A DNA stretch of 62,276 nucleotides, taken from positions 31,107-93,382 of the forward strand of contig DGXY01000105.1 in the NCBI GenBank assembly GCA_002396885.1, given 5' to 3'. The notes under the pieces were generated by a model. That model was not told where the DNA came from. It ran no database searches and saw nothing but the letters and a program-made list of their open reading frames with translations. The position numbers and the translations under genes are program-made. Of the stretch, positions 57,814-62,276 are shown piece by piece (the stretch's first letter is position 1; the number at the start of each line of letters is the position of its first letter). This DNA is from Akkermansiaceae bacterium UBA5020. Lineage in GTDB: Bacteria; Verrucomicrobiota; Verrucomicrobiia; Verrucomicrobiales; DEV007.

Positions 57814-58674
57814 TCAAAAAGCCCGCCTCTGCAGCCACGGCACCGCCAGCACGGAGGCGATGATGATCGCGGCTCCCGCGTAGAAGCCGGGGGTCATCTG
57901 CTCCTTCACTCCGAAGATCAGCGTGGCGAGGGCCATTCCATAGAGCGGCTCGAGATTGTAGACGACGTTGACGGTGAAGACCGACATCCGCTTCATCACG
58001 TAGACGAAGGCCGCGTAGGGCAGCACGGTGCAGCCGATCGCAAAGAGGACGATCCAACCGAGGTCGCGCGCTCCGGGCATTTCGGGCAAGGCGGTGCCGC
58101 TGACGAAAGGCAGCAAGACCCAGGCCGCGACGCAGGCTCCGCCGAGTTGCCAGGCGCAGAGCGTCGCGAAGTGATAACGCGCCACGACCTGTTTGTTGAA
58201 GATCGCATAGACCGAAGCAATGAGGGCCGAGACGATGCCGATGGTGAAGCCGAACCAATGTTTTAACTCGACCGCGTAGATCATCCAGACGGCGGCAATG
58301 ATGACCATTCCCAGAATCACTTCGACGCGGCTCCAGCGGCGCGTTCCGTTCACGAAGGGCTCCATCAGGGTGCACCAGATCAACATCGTAGGCATTGCCG
58401 CGAGCGAGACCGAGGCGGTGGCGAGGCGGGCCGAGAGGAAGAAGAGCACCCAGTGCAGTCCGAGGATTGCCCCGAGTCCGAAGAGGATCCCGGCGTCGCG
58501 TTTCGCGAGCCGCAGCGGGGCGCGCATCGCGAGGGCGATGGCGACGAATCCCAATGTGGCGAGGCCGGTGCGCCACACCACCATGTCGAGCGAGGGCAGG
58601 GAGATGAGCTTACCGAGGATCGCGGTGAAAGCCCACGCGAGAATGACGAGGTGGAGAACGAGGAGCGGAGGCAC
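57814..58674 (-). CDS. EamA/DMT superfamily transporter
   Basis: Ten predicted TM helices with the two-EamA-repeat architecture. Confidence 0.75.
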   Translation of the reverse strand: MPPLLVLHLVILAWAFTAILGKLISLPSLDMVVWRTGLATLGFVAIALAMRAPLRLAKRDAGILFGLGAILGLHWVLFFLSARLATASVSLAAMPTMLIWCTLMEPFVNGTRRWSRVEVILGMVIIAAVWMIYAVELKHWFGFTIGIVSALIASVYAIFNKQVVARYHFATLCAWQLGGACVAAWVLLPFVSGTALPEMPGARDLGWIVLFAIGCTVLPYAAFVYVMKRMSVFTVNVVYNLEPLYGMALATLIFGVKEQMTPGFYAGAAIIIASVLAVPWLQRRAF

Positions 58675-58744
58675 GGGTGCAGGAGGAGGTGGCCTGGGTG
58701 GAAACGAAAATTGGAGATACTGGCCTTCAACCTGGTGAAGAAGA

Positions 58745-58823
58745 CGCGGCCTGCCATCGAGCGAAGAAGGGGCGGCCTACCATCGAGCGAAGATAAGGCA
58801 GCCTACAATCGAGCGAAGATAAG
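58745..58823. repeat. tandem array of ~27-nt units (GGCGGCCTACCATCGAGCGAAGATAAG, three copies); 5' part of Family-2 element copy 2
   Basis: Units at 58745-58769, 58770-58796 and 58797-58823. A fourth partial unit runs into the hairpin arm. Confidence 0.65.
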
Positions 58824-58826
58824 GCG

Positions 58827-58981
58827 GCCTACGGAATACACGGAAAACACGGAATTACAAGAGACCGAGATAGATGCCGCAGGCATCACAAAACGGGGAA
58901 GAAACGGAATCCAAGAAATTGAGTTAAAAAAGGAAAGCCAACTATTGATTCTTTTCCGTGTTTTCTGCGTGTTCCGTAGGC
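58827..58981. repeat. Family-2 long hairpin element, copy 2
   Basis: ~28-nt imperfect stem (GCCTACGGAATACACGGAAAACACGGAA / TTCCGTGTTTTCTGCGTGTTCCGTAGGC) around a ~95-nt AT-richer loop. It shares the GCCTACGGAA / TTCCGTAGGC termini with copy 1 at 46022-46102. Confidence 0.6.
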
Positions 58982-59059
58982 TGCCCCCCGCCTTCTTTCC
59001 AGGCTGGTCACTCAACGCCGGCAGGGATGCCGGCGCTCCCGGTTCGCTCAGCACGAGGG

Positions 59060-60511
59060 TCAGATGGAGGAGTCGTGGCCTGGTGAACGAGGTGCTTTGG
59101 ATTCGCGGTCGTTCAACTTGCCGAGGTATTCGGGCAGTTCGACGCCGACATTTTTCGCGAGTTCATGGAGCGGCGGCACCGAGCCGGCGAGCCCCGAGAG
59201 GAAGCTTGCGGTGCTGCTCTTGCCGTCGGCGCCGACACCGCTGTCCCACACTGTAATCTTGTCGATCTGGAGATTGGAAATGGCCTGCACCTGCTCGCGC
59301 ACGAGTTGAGGGAGGAGTTCCGTGACGAGCATCTGCTGAGCGCCCGAGGGGCCCTCGCAGGTGGCGATGAGTTCCTTGAAGCCCTTGGCTTTCCCGGCGA
59401 GGATGGCTTGGGCACCGTCCGCCTCGGCGAGGAGTTTCGCTTTCATCCCGTCGGCCTCGGCGAACTGCACCAGCTTGATCCCGTCGGCTTCGGCCTGCTT
59501 CTCGGTGCGGACCGCGTCGGACGTCCCCTGTTGGATGCGGCGGAGACGTTCGGCCTCGGCATCGGCCTCGACGATCTGGCGTTCCTTCGCGATTTCGGCG
59601 GGCACGACGATGTTCGCAAACTGGGTCGAGCGCTCGCGTTCGGCACGCTGTTGCTCGGCGCGTTGTTCGGCGACGTAGGCCTCCTCGAGCACCTTGGCCT
59701 GGGCGACCTTTTCCGCGGCGGTGGCGAGGCGCTCGGCTTCGGCCTGGGCGCTGCGGCGCTGGGCGTTCGAATTCGCGATGTCGACCTCGGCGGTGTTTTC
59801 ACCCTTGGTCGCTTCGGCGTTTGCGTTGGAAACGGCGATCCGTTTGTCGCGCTTGGCCACGGCCGCGCCGATTTCACCGTCACGGTCGGCTTGGGCGACC
59901 TTCACCTTCGCTTCGGCGATGGCCTTCGAGGCGGCTTCTTGTCCAAGGGCGTCGATGTAGCCCGAGGCGTCGGTGATGTCCTGCACGTTCACGTTGATGA
60001 GTCGCAGGCCGACCTTCTTCAGCTCGACCTCGACTCCGGTGGAAATGTTCGCGATGAGCTTGTCGCGGTCGGCATTGATCTCCTCGATGTCCATCGTCGC
60101 GATGACGACGCGCATCTGGCCGAAGATGATGTCTTTCGCGAGTTCGGTGACGTGTTGCATCGTGAGGCCGAGGAGCCGCTCGGCGGCGTTCTCCATTACC
60201 CCGGGTTCCGTGGCGATCCCCACGGTGAAGGTCGAGGGCGTGTTGACGCGGATGTTTTGCTTGGAAAGGGCGCCTTCGAGTTTGATGTCGATCGGCAGGG
60301 GCGTCAGGTTGAGGTATTGGTAATCTTGGATGATCGGCCAGATGAAGGCCGCGCCACCGTGATAACACTGCGCCGACTTGCCTGTGCCGACCTTCCCGTA
60401 GACGACGAGGATGCGGTCGGAGGGACACTTCTTGTATCGTGTGGCGAGAGCGACGAGCACGAGAAAGAGGATCGCGACAATCGCACCGATGAGGATGAGG
60501 TATTCGAACAT
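59060..60511 (-). CDS. flotillin-like SPFH/band-7 protein (YqiK/FloT-like)
   Basis: N-terminal TM helix, SPFH domain, long Ala/Glu-rich coiled coil. 483 aa. Confidence 0.85.
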   Translation of the reverse strand: MFEYLILIGAIVAILFLVLVALATRYKKCPSDRILVVYGKVGTGKSAQCYHGGAAFIWPIIQDYQYLNLTPLPIDIKLEGALSKQNIRVNTPSTFTVGIATEPGVMENAAERLLGLTMQHVTELAKDIIFGQMRVVIATMDIEEINADRDKLIANISTGVEVELKKVGLRLINVNVQDITDASGYIDALGQEAASKAIAEAKVKVAQADRDGEIGAAVAKRDKRIAVSNANAEATKGENTAEVDIANSNAQRRSAQAEAERLATAAEKVAQAKVLEEAYVAEQRAEQQRAERERSTQFANIVVPAEIAKERQIVEADAEAERLRRIQQGTSDAVRTEKQAEADGIKLVQFAEADGMKAKLLAEADGAQAILAGKAKGFKELIATCEGPSGAQQMLVTELLPQLVREQVQAISNLQIDKITVWDSGVGADGKSSTASFLSGLAGSVPPLHELAKNVGVELPEYLGKLNDRESKAPRSPGHDSSI

Positions 60512-60532
60512 GGCGGGGCAGGTGGTTGGATT

Positions 60533-61108
60533 TCAGGAAAGGAGTGGTTCGACGACGAGGGTGGAACGGCCGATCATTTCGACGACCTTGACTTTGGTTC
60601 CCGGGGCAATGGCGGTCACGCCCTTGTGGAGGGCTTCGGCGACGGAAAGGCGGCCTTGGATCATCACCTCGACCTGGCCGCCCGCTTTCCCCTCCGCGGG
60701 AATGGTGACGTAAACGGTGGCGACCTCGCCGACAGCGTTCTGGTAGTTGAGCGTGCCGCTGCTTTGCAAGCGCATCATCGAGCGCATCAGGAGAAAGATC
60801 GCGACCATGAGGATCGTGCCGACGAGCAGACCGAGGCCAATGGCGAGGGCGAGCGAGTGGCCGCCTTTGAGCACGATCACTCCCGTCCAGCCGAAGCCGA
60901 GGAAGAAAGCGGTGATCCCGCGAAAAGAAAAGATCCCGAGACCGGAGCCGTGGTCTCCGACCCCGCCGGCATCTCCGAGATCCGTGGCATCGTCGAAACC
61001 TCCGAAGAAGAGAAGGACGAATTGCAGCACGAGGGCGAGGAGGGCGAGGATGCCGATCCCGTAGAAGATCTGTAATTCTAGGTTCAGCGCCTGCCACCAG
61101 AGTTCCAT
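60533..61108 (-). CDS. NfeD-family membrane protein (OB-fold), partner of flotillin
   Basis: TM segments plus the C-terminal OB-fold (GEVATVYVTIPAEGKAGGQVEV). Located immediately upstream of the SPFH gene. Confidence 0.75.
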   Translation of the reverse strand: MELWWQALNLELQIFYGIGILALLALVLQFVLLFFGGFDDATDLGDAGGVGDHGSGLGIFSFRGITAFFLGFGWTGVIVLKGGHSLALAIGLGLLVGTILMVAIFLLMRSMMRLQSSGTLNYQNAVGEVATVYVTIPAEGKAGGQVEVMIQGRLSVAEALHKGVTAIAPGTKVKVVEMIGRSTLVVEPLLS

Positions 61109-61210
61109 CGTGGGTCGATCGTTGCGCAAAGGACCTTGCTTGGCAAGGTGAACCGTCTTTCTTTTTTGGGGCGTTTTTTGTAATGGCCCCGGTTCTGCGG
61201 AGGCGCTTCA

Positions 61211-61636
61211 ATGCTCGCAGGCGCCGTTTTGTCGCCCAAATCCCCAACGGTCGTGAAAGCCCCCGACGACATCGACTGGGTCCGCCACGTGAACGGACGA
61301 TGGATCGTGCGCGAGTCACTGCGCGGGGATGCCCTCGCGTGGATCGATCACCTGTCCATCGTAGATCCCGCGAGGCTGCACGAAGTCTGTCGGCGCGCGC
61401 GTCTCCTCATCAACTCCCAATCAGGCGAAGATCCCAAACCCTGGTTCTACGGCGGACTTTTCAGTCTCGCCACAAGAGAAGAAGCAGCGCGTTTTCTCAA
61501 AGGGCACGACTTCACGATCGCCTGCATTCCCCGGCTCGCCGATGACGGGCTCGGGGCGCTCAAGGTCGATGAAGTGCGTCCGGACACCGCGGAAAAGATC
61601 CGCCGGGTGCGGGCGGCGCTGGAGGCGATGGAGTGA
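61211..61636 (+). CDS. hypothetical protein (141 aa)
   Basis: Open frame with no recognisable motif. Retained only because it fills an otherwise empty gap. Confidence 0.3.
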   Translation: MLAGAVLSPKSPTVVKAPDDIDWVRHVNGRWIVRESLRGDALAWIDHLSIVDPARLHEVCRRARLLINSQSGEDPKPWFYGGLFSLATREEAARFLKGHDFTIACIPRLADDGLGALKVDEVRPDTAEKIRRVRAALEAME

Positions 61637-61804
61637 GGGGTCGTTTCGATCCTTTTCCCCGGTGTTTCGGGGAACGCGGGACTTCAGGGGATCGCTTGGT
61701 GTCTCAAACCTTCCCCTTTCGTTTTTCCAAAAAAGGCGTAACCTCCCGGCCCACCCGACCGTTTCTCCTGCTGTGACGGGTGTTCATTCCACCTGTCTCT
61801 TGCC

Positions 61805-62276
61805 GTGAATCATACCACCTTCTCCGCCCTCGGCTTGCCCGAGCCTCTCCTCGCTGCCGTCGAACTGCTTGGCTACGAGGAACCCTCTCACATCCAGGCC
61901 GCCTCGATTCCGCTCGCGCTCGAGGGCAAGGATCTCATCGGTCTCTCCGAGACCGGTTCGGGAAAAACCGCCGCTTTCGGCCTCGCCGGTCTCGCCCGGA
62001 TCGACTGGGACAATCCCAACCCGCAGATGCTTGTGATCTGCCCGACCCGCGAGCTCGCCGTGCAGGTCTGCGCCGAGATCCAGCGCCTCGGTGCCCGGCT
62101 CCCGCGACTCCGCTCTGTCGCGATCTACGGAGGCGCTCCGATCGACCGCCAGATCCGCGCCCTGCATCAGGGGGTGCAGGTCATCGTGGGCACGCCCGGT
62201 CGTCTCATCGACCACGTCGAGCGAGGCACCCTGAATCTTTCCGACGTTCGCATCACCGTGCTCGACGAGGCCGACC
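61805..62276 (+). CDS. DEAD-box ATP-dependent RNA helicase, N-terminal part (continues past the window end); apparent GTG start
   Basis: TFSALGLPEPLLAAVELLGYEEPSHIQAASIPLAL (Q motif) ... SETGSGKTAAFGL (motif I) ... ITVLDEAD (motif II DEAD at the window edge). There is no in-frame ATG between the upstream stop at 61739 and the Q motif. Confidence 0.8.
   Translation, partial: MNHTTFSALGLPEPLLAAVELLGYEEPSHIQAASIPLALEGKDLIGLSETGSGKTAAFGLAGLARIDWDNPNPQMLVICPTRELAVQVCAEIQRLGARLPRLRSVAIYGGAPIDRQIRALHQGVQVIVGTPGRLIDHVERGTLNLSDVRITVLDEAD

Noticed and set aside
57383-58576. 397-aa Arg-rich minus-strand ORF overlapping the EamA gene and the GH gene end
   Set aside because: Extreme Arg/Pro composition. 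The EamA transporter in another minus frame has a coherent ten-TM topology.
58745-58823. Possible CRISPR array (27-nt direct repeats)
   Set aside because: The units abut each other with no spacers and there are only ~3 copies. There are no cas genes in the window. It is interpreted as a minisatellite-like part of the Family-2 element.
59165-61075. 636-aa plus-strand ORF, and the 479-aa minus-strand ORF at 59880-61319, overlapping the flotillin/NfeD genes
   Set aside because: Both are Arg/Gly/Asp-rich alternative frames. The SPFH/flotillin and NfeD proteins in the other minus frame have clear TM and coiled-coil architecture.
61784-62215. 143-aa minus-strand ORF antisense to the DEAD-box helicase 5' end
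   Set aside because: The plus strand carries unmistakable Q, motif I and DEAD motifs. The ORF track omitted the helicase only because it runs off the window end and begins with GTG.

Overview
A 62.3-kb high-GC chromosomal segment, most likely from a member of the PVC superphylum (Verrucomicrobia/Planctomycetes-like). The taxonomic guess rests on the DUF1553+DUF1501 pair, a DUF1552 protein, a PVC-type heme-binding dehydrogenase and the many sulfatases. Coding density is high. Many long antisense ORFs in the track are GC-driven artefacts and were rejected.

The first ~19 kb is a single-strand run of 13 secreted carbohydrate-active and esterase genes: two sialate O-acetylesterases, a BNR/Asp-box sialidase, two Cys-type sulfatases, SGNH and alpha/beta esterases, three right-handed beta-helix proteins (one with a tandem beta-helix) and a DUF1080 protein. 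I read this as a locus for sulfated, O-acetylated sialoglycan or mucin-type glycan degradation. Several non-homologous enzymes in it share a nearly identical signal peptide (LLLAPLTAMHAAD).

A lower-GC VapC/Phd toxin-antitoxin pair and an orphan DUF1552 gene follow. Next comes an Opp-like ABC importer with one degenerate ATPase. The remainder is housekeeping and envelope genes: rsmB-like, mrp, two tandem transglutaminase-like genes, bfr-bfd, an HPt/REC-adenylate cyclase, a GNAT gene, fabF and an MsbA-like exporter. After these come an SGNH hydrolase translationally coupled to a HEAT/cytochrome-c dehydrogenase, an FGE-like protein, serA, a BASS transporter, tandem pilT/pilU, uvrD, queF-queC, an OmpA-family protein, a lipase-maturation-factor homolog, a DUF4157 HExxH protein, a beta-propeller glycoside hydrolase, EamA, flotillin-NfeD and a partial DEAD-box helicase.

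The most unusual sequence-level signals are two families of intergenic hairpin/repeat elements. Family 1 is GGAATGGGGACAAAGGAA, present at two sites. Family 2 is a composite of a 27-nt tandem array plus a GCCTACGGAA-terminated long hairpin, also at two sites with different array lengths. There is also an ATTCGCG/CGCGAAT repeat array between queF and queC. I found no CRISPR array, rRNA or tRNA, but the tRNA check was by eye only and a scan should be run to confirm.
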